This document shows positions 38,536 to 51,200 of a DNA stretch of 64,000 bases, in pieces. The stretch covers positions 124,001 through 188,000 of the forward strand of contig JADIIX010000010.1 in NCBI GenBank assembly GCA_027604505.1, read 5' to 3'. Below the pieces are notes generated by a model. The model searched no databases, was not told where the DNA came from, and worked only from the letters and a program-made list of their open reading frames with translations. This DNA is from Gonapodya sp. JEL0774. Taxonomy: Eukaryota. Both the position numbers and the translations under genes were made by a program. Position 1 is the first letter of the stretch, and every line of letters starts with the position of its first letter.

Positions 38536-41264
38536 ATGGTTGACGAGGTGCATCAGCGACCCTTGCCGCTCTTTCCATGCCTCTGGCGATCCACTTTCCG
38601 AATCCCGCGCCACCTTTTGAACCATTCACTCTGCTACCAAATCCTTTTAGTCCGCCACTCCCTACCCTGGCCCTCCCTCGTAACCTATATGACGACACAC
38701 GCCCAAGAGTTGGACGGATTCAAGGCACCCATTGTTCAGGTGGGTTCGGGTTCGGCATTATCAGTTGATTATGCTGAAATGGCTGTACGAGATGTGGCTG
38801 TAATTGCTGCCTCGGAATGGTGGACTGTGGCATTCGCTTTGGGAAACGCGGGTAACACCGACAAATTGATTACTTCAAGTTAAAGTGACTGCCTCTTGAT
38901 GACGTTTTTACGCAGTTACTGTCTGTGTCGCTGTGGTGAACGTGTTGGTGTAGAGAACACTACTGCACGATATCCGTGGTGTGCGGCTCTCGGCCATGTC
39001 TCATCTTCTCGTGCTGAATCTCATCCAACCCATATCTCTCACAATAGGCCGGCCAATTTGGTATCGGCCAGTCCAATCCTTCATACTACATCGAGGATTC
39101 AGCGTGAGTCTCCGATTCTCAGTGATCATTACCAATGGTTGTTGCCAATAGACACCACCCGTCCAATATGCTCGCAAGACACAACAAATATGTTTTGCGC
39201 CGTAAGCCTGCGGGAAAGCTACAGCACGGTGGTACGTAGTCCACGAAGTTGGTTTAATTCTCCCTGGGCTATGTGGACAGTGAGTATCCACTATACTTAC
39301 ACCAATGTTTCTCATACTCTTCCAGCACACCAAATCGACCGGTTTGTTTGGCGTGGTCTTGTTCGGTCTCTTTCTTGTACCATCTCACCCTCTGTCACCT
39401 CACCGGAACCAATTTCCAGCGAGTTCCGGGTCCAGCGTGCCGTCGGATCCAAGAGTTTCCCTGTGCCCAAGATGTACCTCTACTGCACGGACGCAAGCGT
39501 GGTTGGGACTGAGTTTTACGTGAGTCTGAAGCTTGAATGGAAGAGAGGATTTTGCACGGCGATGTGGGACGCGGGATGATTTGAGCATTGTCGTAGGGAA
39601 CTGGACAGGAGAGGTGAAGTGACTGAAAAACGTTCACTGGCGTTCTTGTTTGGTGTGTTTGTGAGCCTTCGTGTATCCGATTAACCAAGCTCTTTCCTTC
39701 AACAGATCATGAAATACCTCGAAGGTCGAGTCCTCGGCCAGACTGGTGTACTTGACTTGCCGCCTCATGCACGTAAGGAGTGCTTTGCATCAGCGTAAGT
39801 TCATCCACATTTGATTTGACCTTTGATTCCATCAATTTCATATAACACTTCTGGTTCACCCTCTCATCAAATACTCGCTCACCCAGCGTCGAAACCTTAG
39901 CCCGCCTCCACTCCTATGACCACAAGGCCATCGGCCTTACCGGATACGGAAAGGATTCCGGGTACTACCCGAGATCGATACAGAATTGGACGAGGTTGAG
40001 CGAGCAGCAAGCAGCGGTGAAGGATCCGAAGACGGGGGAGGTGAGTCTGATGAGCTGTTGGTGTGGCGCAGGAAACGAACTGAGAAGTGGAACTTGTGAT
40101 GTTGGTGCGAATAAATCCCTTGTTTTCTCACACACAAACAACTGCTTCTTGCCTTACAAACAGAAAAACTATTCCCTCGAGCACCTTGACGAGCAGATCG
40201 AGTTTTTCAAGAAGTACATGCCGCAAGACGAGACAAGTGTCGCGCACTTGGATTACATGGTAGGTACTGTTCGGAGGTTGCTGGGCGTAATGAGAAAGAG
40301 CTTCGAAGCGGTGTAATTAACGATCGATTGATCCATGATGTCCCCGGACAACTTATTAATGTCATGCCTTTTCTGGAATAGATGCACAACATGATGTTCC
40401 GTGAGTATTTCACTCATCGCTTTACCTACCAATTTTGAGCAACTTTTCAATTACCGCATCGTCTGATCATTTCATTCATCAGATCCCACTGAGAACCGCG
40501 TTATCGCCGTGCTCGATTGGGAGACCAGGTAGGCAGAGAAGAGAAACCTCGTTGGGACGAGGGGGGACTTTCCTAACCTGTCTGTATGTTCATCGCTACA
40601 GCACGATTGGCCACCCACTTGCCGACCTAGGATACTTTTGCCAGCGTAAGCTTCCTCCACTTTGACTATTTTTGACGATGGATAACATCCATCAAACATG
40701 ACCTTCTGTTGCACGACCCCGTACACACTCTTGCCCTATAACAGCCTTTTTCCGCACCTATCCCGATGGCTGGGCTAGCGCTCCGGCGGATAAAGCCGCC
40801 GGTATTCCCAGTGTTGCCGAGATTCTCGAAATGTACTCCAAGGCTTCCGGGAGAAAGACGCCAATCGAAAGATTTGAGTATCACGTGGCCTTCGCGATGT
40901 ACAGGGTGCGTACAGTGTTCTAGTGTTTAGTATACGGGTTCCTGTTTGCGTCCTGTTTCTATGACACGGTGTGGTTGTGCAGTGATGGAACGGGATGATC
41001 TTGTTCCCATTTCGCATTCTCACAAACTAAATTCGATTCGTTCTATTCAAACCCCATACTTCATGCTTCTGATCTACATTCCAGTCTACTGTCATTCACC
41101 AGGGTATTGCTGGTCGTGTAATCGCGGGCACTGCATCTAATGAAGCAGCACAACTCATCAAGTCTGCCGTGCCAAACACCAACGCGCGATGTTTGCAGTT
41201 CATCAGGTCCCTCAAGTCCAAATGGGAGAAGGAAGATGCGGCAAAGGCGAAGGGAAAGTTGTAA
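38536..41264 (+). CDS. APH-family phosphotransferase (ACAD10/ACAD11 N-terminal-like), many small exons
   Basis: GQFGIGQSNPSY, KYVLRRKPAG, AHQIDREFRV, FPVPKMY...VGTEFYIM, VIAVLDWE, STIGHPLADLGY; ends AKAKGKL*. First exon uncertain. Confidence 0.87.
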
Positions 41265-41737
41265 CGACGAGCATATTTTTAACACATCGAACAATAGAGG
41301 CCTACTTTCTTGTTGTTGCGTGTTCCCTACGTGCACGACATCTTCCTTGCATTTTTTCTCATTTGCATATGCCTGCATCATGTTCAGGAACCGCCGATGA
41401 GCGTCGCCATTCATGAGTCCTGAGTCCCAATAATATAAGATCTGTGTGCGTCAGGATGCAAGGACTCTTGTTCCTGATGACGATGCCAACCCCAATCTTG
41501 TTGTTCAAACACCACCACACGAACTGGACCAGGTCATCGGTCCTTGAAGTCAAATCATTATATTGGACTCTGGTCAAGGATCTTGATGAGACGAGTTCCG
41601 CAAATTAGCACATACACTACAAGGAAATCACTAGCAAAATAGTACACAAACCAAAACAGATAGAATCCAAAGTCCCACGGAGTCACAAAACTTCACTCTT
41701 CATGTACAATGCAGTGACAAAACTAATCCAATTATCT

Positions 41738-44416
41738 TCACCATTGAAAGTTCCCACCAATGCTATTTCCTGAGTGCAAACCCATCCCACCGGCGTTTGC
41801 GCACAGGTTCCGCATCTGCCCATTCAGCACGGCACCCGGCTGTATGAACTGTGGCGCGACAAATCCTGTGACTCCGCTTGGGTTGACAAACACTGGTCTG
41901 GGAAAGTTGGCAGAAGAGAGCGCAGCGGAGGCGAGACTTGAGGGAGAAAGAGACTGTTGTGAAAGTGCAGCAGCTTGGGCTAGACTAGGAGGTGCAATCG
42001 CCGTTGGAGATATAGAGACGGGCGATACCACCATGTGCGTGGATGTGAGCGGAGACTGGCCACTCGTTGGGTATGAATGCATATGGAGTGCTAGTTGCCT
42101 TATATCGAGCCCTCCGAGGGCTGGAGCTGAGTTGATCCTTCCGTGACGTCCCGCAGTGGCAGCAGCTGCACCAGCTGGCACACCAAAGTCGCCGAAATGA
42201 TCCCCCGGGACAGTGAGAGTGTAGTTGGGTGCGTTGCCGTTTGGGAGTGCATGACCATAAACGATGGTCTCCTGGTCGACTGCCAGGGGCACTGCCCCTA
42301 GGCTGAGATGCCGCGTGTGGTGTTGAGGGGCGGCGAGATGCTGGTACTGGACAGACAATCCGTTCCTCTCTTCAATATTGTGTGATACAATCAGCGAGTT
42401 CTGTGGTTGCATCATTTGATTGGTCACAGTAGGGAGCCGCTGAACAGTTTGCTCTGGCATCATTGGATTGTTGAGTGAGACCGCGGACATGGGGAGAAAA
42501 GTGGGCATTGGAAATGACGTTGTCGAAGGGGGCAACGATGTCACGTCGCCGTGGGGTTCACCAGCGGACGCCATCGGCGTGGGAGCATTTCGAAAGGCCT
42601 GACAAAGCACAATATTCAGAGACGAAGTTAGGTATCGTTCGCACAATTTCTAGATCATTAGTGAATACTGAAGAAGGAAGGTGCACTCACGGTGTTTATA
42701 TCATCCCACGCAAAGTCTTCCAGCTTAATGGGAATAACCAGATCGCCAGCATGTGGTTGCCCAACTCCTCCTGCTAACAGCGCCATCAAATCGTCCGAGA
42801 TGAGAGAATCGACAAAGCCTGTACAGTCTGAACCATGTTCTGCGTGTGCACTGAACAGTGCATCTTCGAAATCTTTCTTCAGCTGTTCGTCGGCACCAGC
42901 GCCGAAATCGTGAAGCTCCTGAACATTCGCTACGGGGGACGTCTCACCGTGTGGGCCGGTGACAGAAATTTGTATTACAGGATGGTTGGGTCGCTGGAAG
43001 TGACGAGGACCGCTTCCCTTTGGTCGTGGTTTGTTTTTGGCAGCAATTTCAACGGCAGAAGGATGATATTCACTGTCGGAGCTCACGCTCGCTTCGGACA
43101 TTTCCGGAGAGTCGAGTCCACCAGAAGGAGGCGAAGGCTCCGAAGATGGCCGTTGGCTGTCCGCGTCGGTACCAGAGGTGTGGTTGCGGGATGGGGAGAT
43201 GGAAAGCACACCGAAACCGTCCGTTGAAGAAACTTGCGATCCTCTGCGTGTGCGGAACCGAGAACCATGAACGCGCAGGTGGCGGTTGAGGGTGGAGCGA
43301 CGGGCGAACGTTTTCTCGCAACCCGAGGATGGGCAGTGGACTGCAGAAGGCAAGATGGTCGGGAGAAAGTTGAGAAAAGAAGGGGAGAGGGACTCCGAGA
43401 CGGGACGTGCTTACAAGGTCGGGAATCGGAATGAGCGCGACGGTGGCGAGAGAGCGACGACGCCTGCAAATAAAAAAGTGCTATTAGTACAAGGGACCAG
43501 TACCAGGCGGAATGCAGAATGTGATTAGGTACCTCGCTGAAACTTCTCCCGCAATCATCGCAAATGTACGGTCGGTGACCGGTATGACTGCGAGAATGCA
43601 CAATCAGGGCATGTCGCTGAATAAAGCGCTTGTCGCAGAATTTCTTTTGTGAGGAAGGAGACCAACGCAACAAACAAGAGTACCAACGAAGATGGACTTA
43701 TTCATGACGACCTGATACAACCTACAAGCAACAACGAGGTGCCACTCACGCATTCCCAAGGACGATCATTGAAATGGATTTTTATGTGACGAACGCAATC
43801 TGCGCGGCGAGAGAATGCGCGGTTACAGTTGTTGTACTTGCAAATGAACGGTCGCTGCAATGAAGATTTCACATCGCAGTGAGATCACCGAGAGTTCTAA
43901 TACGACACATAAGTCACGAACCTCAGCACTGCCTCCAACTTTTGGATTAGCGCTAGAACGAGGCGCCGATGTGTTTGGGTCGAACTTCTCCACGTACTGG
44001 GCGAGCACATCGGGACTGAACGAGTCGGCTCCCCGCGTGACGGAAAACTGGGCTTCCGGAAGACCGTCATCAAGGTCACTGTCCTCTCCTAACAATTGCT
44101 CCTCTTCGTCGTCCTCCATGTGGACAGCCGAGAGTGATTCTGCGGCGAGGTCGATGTCCCCGAGAAATGCAGTGTCCGACGAGTAACGCACCGCACTGGA
44201 GGGCAGATAGGGCAAAGAAGAGTCCGACAGGTATCCATTCCCGTATGAAGAGACGGCGGAGTGCGATGAAAGAGTTGGAGATGGCGGATACAATTGTTGG
44301 GAACGAGGGACCAGGAGCTCTTGGATCCCGAGGGTTTCAATAGTAGACTTTCTTCTGTTCGGGTTGGGATATGGGAGTGCACCCGATTCAATAATGTTCT
44401 CGAGAGAAAGTTCCAT
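41738..44416 (-). CDS. Kruppel-type C2H2 zinc-finger transcription factor (4 fingers)
   Basis: RPFICKYNNC...HIKIH, CKFCDKRFIQRHALIVHSRSHTGHRPYICDDC...HRRAH, CPSSGCEKTFARRSTLNRHLRVH. Confidence 0.85.
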
Positions 44417-45043
44417 TTCACTTGGTTGGGATATCGTAATGAAGGGAGAGCGGGAAGGTGGGGGGTGGGGGGGTACCAAGGTAGCGAAACTGCCCGGGAA
44501 GAGCAAAAAATAGGACAATAGAATTTCAAGTGTTGTTTAAGCCTGCGGTTGATGGTAAGGGAAAGGAGGAAAGGACGGAAGCCGGGAGGCGTAGGTCGCG
44601 GGCTGTTTGATTGAGTGGAGGACCGAGGAAGGGGGAGAGCAGATATGCAGGTTGTGGTAGCGGATAAGCGAGAGAAGGGGGGTGTGTGGAGCGGGGAATG
44701 GGAGAGAGCAGGAGAGTTTGAGTTGGGAATTCTAATGAAATCGCGCCTCCTTGGTGCCTCTGCTGCCCTCAAACCCGGTTAATCCGGTACAGCAAAGCGG
44801 CAAAATTTATCTGAGTTCCACTCGTTTGGGAAACTAATTACCTATACGGAAGAGTAAAATCTCAATAGTCGAATTTTCTCGAATTTTGCGCTCCGTTCCG
44901 CTGGCTGAAAGTTACCGCTTCGCCTGTGCTGACCCATTCGGCTTTACTGAGGTGCAACTGAGGGATGCGAGACCAGATCCCAGAGTGATGCAAGATGATG
45001 TCAGCTCAACAGGGACTTACAGTGCTTCCAAGTGATGAATTCA

Positions 45044-45061
45044 ACGAAACATATGTTTCGT
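45044..45061. repeat. Perfect 18-bp palindrome ACGAAACATATGTTTCGT
   Basis: Directly visible; lies in the intergenic region between the divergent C2H2 and cytochrome b5 genes. Confidence 0.8.
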
Positions 45062-45716
45062 CTGAAACGCGTGCATAGAAATGACAAATGGTTGCCAATT
45101 CCAATTTCCACATGCTTTTTATCTATACCAAAGAAATACAGTACTCCACTCACCTCGCGAGATATCGCCGGCAATCAATCTTTTTCAACGGGATGAATGA
45201 GGAAGGAGGAGTGGAAGCAGGGAGGAAGAACTGTTCGAGGAGGGGGGGGGAGGGGCGGCCGTTATGCCGTGAGCCTGGTGGTTAGAATCGAGGTGAGGGA
45301 AGTGGCAAAGTGGTGGTGAGCAGTTTCATTGGGGGCCAGTGCCGCAGCGGAGGGACAACAGTTGGGAAGCAGCGCAGGACAACAAACAGAAAGCTGTTGG
45401 GAGGGAGGGAGAGTAGAGGGAAGAAAGGGGACGATTTGAGAGAGAAACACACAATGGTGAGTAAGGCTGCCGAATGCTCTTTTGTTGCCGTGGGAGTAAG
45501 TGCAGGGTACGTAGTGTAAAAGGTTGGGCGGCCGCGTCTCAGAGTCACCGTGGGGAAGTGATCGCTAGTGTCTCTCCATCAATTACTTACACTTTTACCG
45601 CAATTGGTGTAAAAAGTAGTGCATCCTTGTATTTGTTGGTGAGACCAGGAAGCTGTAATGGTGCTGACTATCCACAGATAAACTATGTTTCAATAGTAAA
45701 GCGATAACCCTCGATC

Positions 45717-47066
45717 ATGGATGATGATCAGCTTGGCAAATCCCCCTCACGAACGCGTGTCTCGTTCGCTCCACCACCTGAGCCCCTCCCTGGGTCTCTT
45801 CACAGACGACGGCCGTCCACCACCGAGCAAGAGCGCTTGCGGATGACGAAGGAGTGGGATTCTGAAGACAGTGGGTCGGAAAACACCGGACCTCCTGTAA
45901 AGGCTGTGCATTTGAGAAAGCGGTCGAGCGATTCGGCACATGGGCAGTTACGGGCGAGCTTGGGAAGCAATCCGGTTCTGGACCAAACTGAAGACGATGA
46001 GGACGAGGAAGGAGGTGAGCGCGAGAGATGCCACTGTAGTGCGTTTTTTAAATTGCATATACACCACGAGAGCCTTTGCTTACGCCAGAAACGATTGACC
46101 TTGATCCTCTGCCAAATTCTCCAACTTCAACGATTCCCTCCACACCCACACCCATTCCCTCGACATTCACACCTTCTCGACCACACAATGAGCATTCCAC
46201 GGCTCCTATAGTTTCAACTGCACCATCTCAATATCTGATGGCTCCCCCACCGGCGTCTCGTGGGGTAACCTTGATGCCCCCTCCCCCTGCTCAAGGAAAC
46301 TCACTCCAAGTGATGTCCGCCAAACCTGGATCTGTGAAAGCACGCAAGAAGGTTATTTTAGCACCTGGGCATGGACCCTTGGATTGGGAAAGGCTGAAGG
46401 CTTCCGGGAAAGATTTAAGGGTTTGTTGAAGCACATTCTCTTGACTTATATGACGGATGAGTGGTGTCTTGTTGACAATGAGCACGACGCGTTGAGCTGT
46501 TGGGAGTAGGCTGCAATGTTACACAAGCGCTTCGTGCTCAATTTCTGTGGTAACAAGACATGAAACCTGCTTCCCATTCTCTTTTTGTGGGGAGGTCAAA
46601 CTGGATGGCGAGCAAAACTTTTAAGTATCGAAAACTTACCCTCGCGTACAATACCCTTTTGCTGCTTTCAGGGTGTTTCTACTTTCGGTCGATACCGACT
46701 CTCCGAAATCCGCCGCCACAGAAGGCCGGACGACATGTGGATGGCTTTACAAGGTAAGGTATATAATATTACAGCCTACGTCGATTTCCACCCTGGAGGT
46801 AGGTGACAATGCCATTCCAATTTTCCAATCCGTTGTTCAAGCTTACAATCGGTGATCGGTCCTGACGCCCACGCGGCGTTGGTTTTCATACATCCACCTT
46901 TGCTGCGCCAGGTGTTCCGGAGCTTATGCGAGGAGCAGGCCGTGATGGCACACGGTTGTTTATGGACGCTCACCCATGGGTGAACTTGGATCACATATTA
47001 GAACGTTGTTTGATAGGTATGCTGGATCCGGGGGGGAAAGACGGGAGTGACAGTGGCGAAGAATAG
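45717..47066 (+). CDS. IRC21: Cytochrome b5-like heme-binding protein (Irc21/CYB5R4 N-terminal type)
   Basis: RKKVILAPGHGPLDW...WMALQGKVYNITAYVDFHPGG...AGRDGTRLFMDAHPWVN. Confidence 0.82.
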
Positions 47067-47122
47067 AATACAAACGGAGAGGACCTTAGAAATGGGAGGT
47101 TGTTTTTGAAATAAATCCATTC

Positions 47123-48074
47123 TTAGACCTCCCAAATATTTTCATATGGATCAAATAGCTTTCTCAGTCTACTTGCTTCCCTCGCCATTTCATCCAAAGT
47201 CCTGGCTGGTCGCTCTTCAAAGTCAACGGACTGTGTGGGCACTCTATCACCAGGGAGAGTTTGTGGGACCAAGCGAGTCCCTCTTCCCTCTTCCTTCAAA
47301 TCTTCTGTCCCAGCTTCTCCAGCGATACTAGCCTGGAATGATTTCACGATATTGGGAATTCCCGATACACCAGCGTGGTGATCCGATATGCTGCGATCAC
47401 GGGAAGCAATGCTGTATTCACGCGAGGTCCGCTGAATATCATCATAAATGTTGTCATTGTTTTTGTAGTCTCCAGCGTGGCGGGGGCTGCAAGTGCAGTA
47501 TTCAGTTGTCTCGCCAGAGGGAACCCCGAACACAAACCAAGATGCGTACATAATGTGGACATGTAGATGTCGGACTGTCTGCCCTGCCGCACTAGTCATT
47601 GTAATTATTGCAAGAGACGTGGTTGAAACCATGTGATGAACTTTGGGGTGAGGAAGCCTGTCAATGGAGCTACTCACGGTCCATCCTCATCAACAGGAAA
47701 TGGAATTGGATCAATCAAGCCGTGGTGTGCATCGTTTGACCCAAGAGACTTACTTGAATCGCAATGGTTAAGCTATCACCGGAATACTCCGACTCGATCT
47801 GTTCCCCGATTCTTTGAACTGACAAAAACAAATCTTTGACCTCCTCCTGCGAGAGGTCAGAGAGACGCAGTGCAACCCGTTGTGGGAGGACCAGGACATG
47901 ACCGCTGATCGTATTGAAACACGCATATCTCAAGGACTAAAGTCAGGTGTGATGTGAAGAAAGGGTAACACACGGCACGATGGGTTTCAGATTGACAATC
48001 CCAAATGATAGTCGCGAGACGAAGAAGATTTCTGATGCTCTGATAGAGTGAGGACCAAAAGGAAATGTTCGCAT
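47123..48074 (-). CDS. HNT2: Dinucleoside triphosphatase FHIT/Hnt2 (HIT family)
   Basis: VNLKPIVPGHVLV, IAIQ|DGP|AAGQTVRHLHVHI (histidine triad), PRHAGDYKNNDNIYD. Confidence 0.92.
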
Positions 48075-48249
48075 TCTAGATGCATATGAAAATTAATTTT
48101 AGTTCAAGGACTGAACTTGGGCCGGCGGGGGTGGATTCCAGTCTGCACTTCCCTGAACCTTTAGCAGATTATCTATTCCGTGAATGTATTCTACAATGAA
48201 GCCGACATATCTCGTTCTGGATAAGACATTCGTTGATGTGCACACATAT

Positions 48250-51200
48250 TTACAAAATTACAGTTTGAATGTGAGGTATCCCAGGTGTGAGTTTCCGTTC
48301 CAGAGCTCGAAGAGAAGCAACCAGTGGGCCCCCATCTGGAAAGAACCCAATAAAGTACCGGAAAAGTGTCACCTGAGAAAGAACAGAAGTTAGCGATTAC
48401 TCAATCACCGATCAACTTTACTTACCCATTCTCCAAGCATTTCGTTTCTTACATCAACAGTATCGTCCAGTGCCGGGTCCTCCGTGAACGCCCGTATAGC
48501 AAACAAAGATCTGCAAAGCTCAAGTGTGAGATTCGTGTGCAATGTCACACAAAAAATCCCCCGTCCTTACTTGAAGAGCAGGTTGCCCAAGATCAAGCAC
48601 GACTCTCCGGCTTGCTCTCGTGTGCCCAAAAACACGAGTTCATCGACGAGGTACTGGCATCGAACGAGCAAATGTCTCACCCGACTAGCCTCGGATGACT
48701 CCTATATGTTCCGACACCAAGCAGTTTCGTTGATTTGTTGCTCAATAGTCCAACAATCACCCACCGTTGAAACAAGCGCATGAGCGAAACTATCGACGTT
48801 CGCATGCGCATCACATACGAGTCGAAAAACATTTTCTTGTAAAATTGAGAATGTCGGTTGTGACATGGATGCAACGTGGAATTCACCAAAACGGCCAAAG
48901 GTGAGGCGAACAGTGATCCAGAATCGCTCGGTAGGTCTACGCTTGTTGATAATAGAAAAATGCTCAAAAACATATTTCTCCTAATGTTTCGAATGACGCA
49001 CTTGGTTAGCTATTCACAAAGAGAGAAAGCGCGATGTTTTGGTACAAACTCGCTGCAAGACATCTGCATATCTTGCGATAGCCTCATGATCTGGTCGGAT
49101 ACGAAGTCTATTGAAGAGGTGGCTCGGAACAGTTGCACCGCAAGCGCGGGATGCCCTCAGAACTGCACTAGAAGACCAGGATGCGTGAGGGACGTCTAGG
49201 TTTTCAATGCTGAAGAACGCTGTCTCATCAATGACCTGTCAAAGATTAGATAGTTATCTCACCTCAATCATGCCAAAAGAGTTCTAATGGCACTCACTTC
49301 GTACTCCAAATCGTCCTCCAGTATATTTTCGAGTTTCAGGATTTCGCCTTCCTTGTCAGTGAGATCCACCCCTGTTCTTGTGAGACGCCCTCTGAAAATT
49401 ATTTCTCTCTTTGTCAACTTCATTTGAGGTCGCTTTATGTGCGCAATTACTGTGACCGTTTTTTGATGGTCACGAACAGATCGACAGTTTACGAATACTG
49501 CGATCTTCTTCTCTTCGCTGATATTCGCTTGCTGAAAAGTCTGAGCCGGGGGACCATCTACAGAAGGTAAATAACGAATGTATACTCGGGTTAGGCCATT
49601 TGGTGGAATAAATAAGGAAGAGAAGAGTTTGATGCTTGTTCGAGAGAGCGAGAAGACCAGCTCACTGGGATCGTCCGAGGGTAGGTCCGAGGTGAGGGTG
49701 AACTCGAGAGTCGAGGTATCCAAATTTCGAATAACAATTGAGCGCGTTGCATACTCAGCTGACATAGGAAAGAAATTACAACACTGGAACGGTGAGAGAT
49801 TAGGTAAGTTGTTCTTACTCACTCTCGTAGAACAAATCTCTCATCACAATTTCCGAGCATTCTTCCGCAAATCCATTAACAGAGACGTCAAACACATCGC
49901 TTTCAGGAAGTCTTGCAAGCGTATCATGCTGAGTATTCGTGACGGATCGGGGTACTCTGTCCACTGAGCTTGCGACTACTTCCATCGCGACCCGCACGAT
50001 TACCAGATTACGTGGGTTTCGGATATTTTCAATCACAAGATAAGTCGCGTAGGCTCCCCGAATGTGTGCATTGAAAGTGAATACAATGGAGTGACTCTGC
50101 GAAGGATTGGTTTGGGAGGACATCTCAAGGCTGCCTTCGCTTCGGCTGCAAGCAAACCAGCGACTGTCATCATCACGTACGGTCCATAACCTGTACACAA
50201 CCCGCTGTGGTGCAACGCAATCCAGGACAATCTTTCTAGTGGTCGTAGTTCCCTCGTCTTGTTGACCGGCATTCAATTCGTAAAAGCCTACAAGAAAAGG
50301 AAATTAATGTCTCCAATGACCTGTCGCAAAATATATTGCCAGCGCCATGTACAGACCGTCTATCTCTGCGTGGTACTGAACCGATTCAATTCGCTTCATC
50401 CCACTCCGAACAACAAACTCCGATTCATCAGCAAGTTCCGTTCCCGCAACAACACGGCCCTTCATGGACGGTATTGAAACGGCTGAGATATCGTCAAGAA
50501 AATCCACAGGCTGGATGAGAGAGTCAACTTCAGATGCATTGTCCACCTCATTCCCTGAACCAGTATCTGCGATCACTGCCGTTGGGCCTGCAACGTTCAC
50601 GGCTATAGTAATCTCTTGTGCTTTCCCCATCGGCTTCACCTCTATAAGGCTGACGAGAATCGGCTGCGAGAGTCCCGAAACATTTGCGCCAAGCCACTCC
50701 AACACAAGCTCCAAACGCCCGCCGGGGGGTACCGATCCCCTCATATCTTCTCCCAAGGGTCTAATGCGAAGACAAATCTGATCCCTCAATTCGGGTGGAT
50801 TCTGAATCAAAACTTGTAACGTAATGCTTGTCATGGGGTTGAAATTAGTTATAGTAACACGAGCGGTCTGATCTGTTTCTGTTATACTACCGGTCGCACG
50901 CCGTTTCCGACTTTTGCGCTGTTCTGGTTTTCGCACCCGGTCATCACTTGCTAGATTGTTGAAATCGAACTCGTCGCCACTACCGTCAGAAACATCGTGA
51001 GTCGCAAGAAACACCACACTTGTGTGTGAAACACCAAACTTTGGCCCAGCGAAAATGCTTCCTCGTATCGTGACATCCTGGCTCAGATCACCGTCAGAGT
51101 GGTGAACTCTCAAAACAGCCTTGCCGAAAGTGAGAGACGGTGGGAAATCAAAGATCCCTTCTTTGTTCGTACCATCCACTTCCGGTGCAATTGGGATGGC

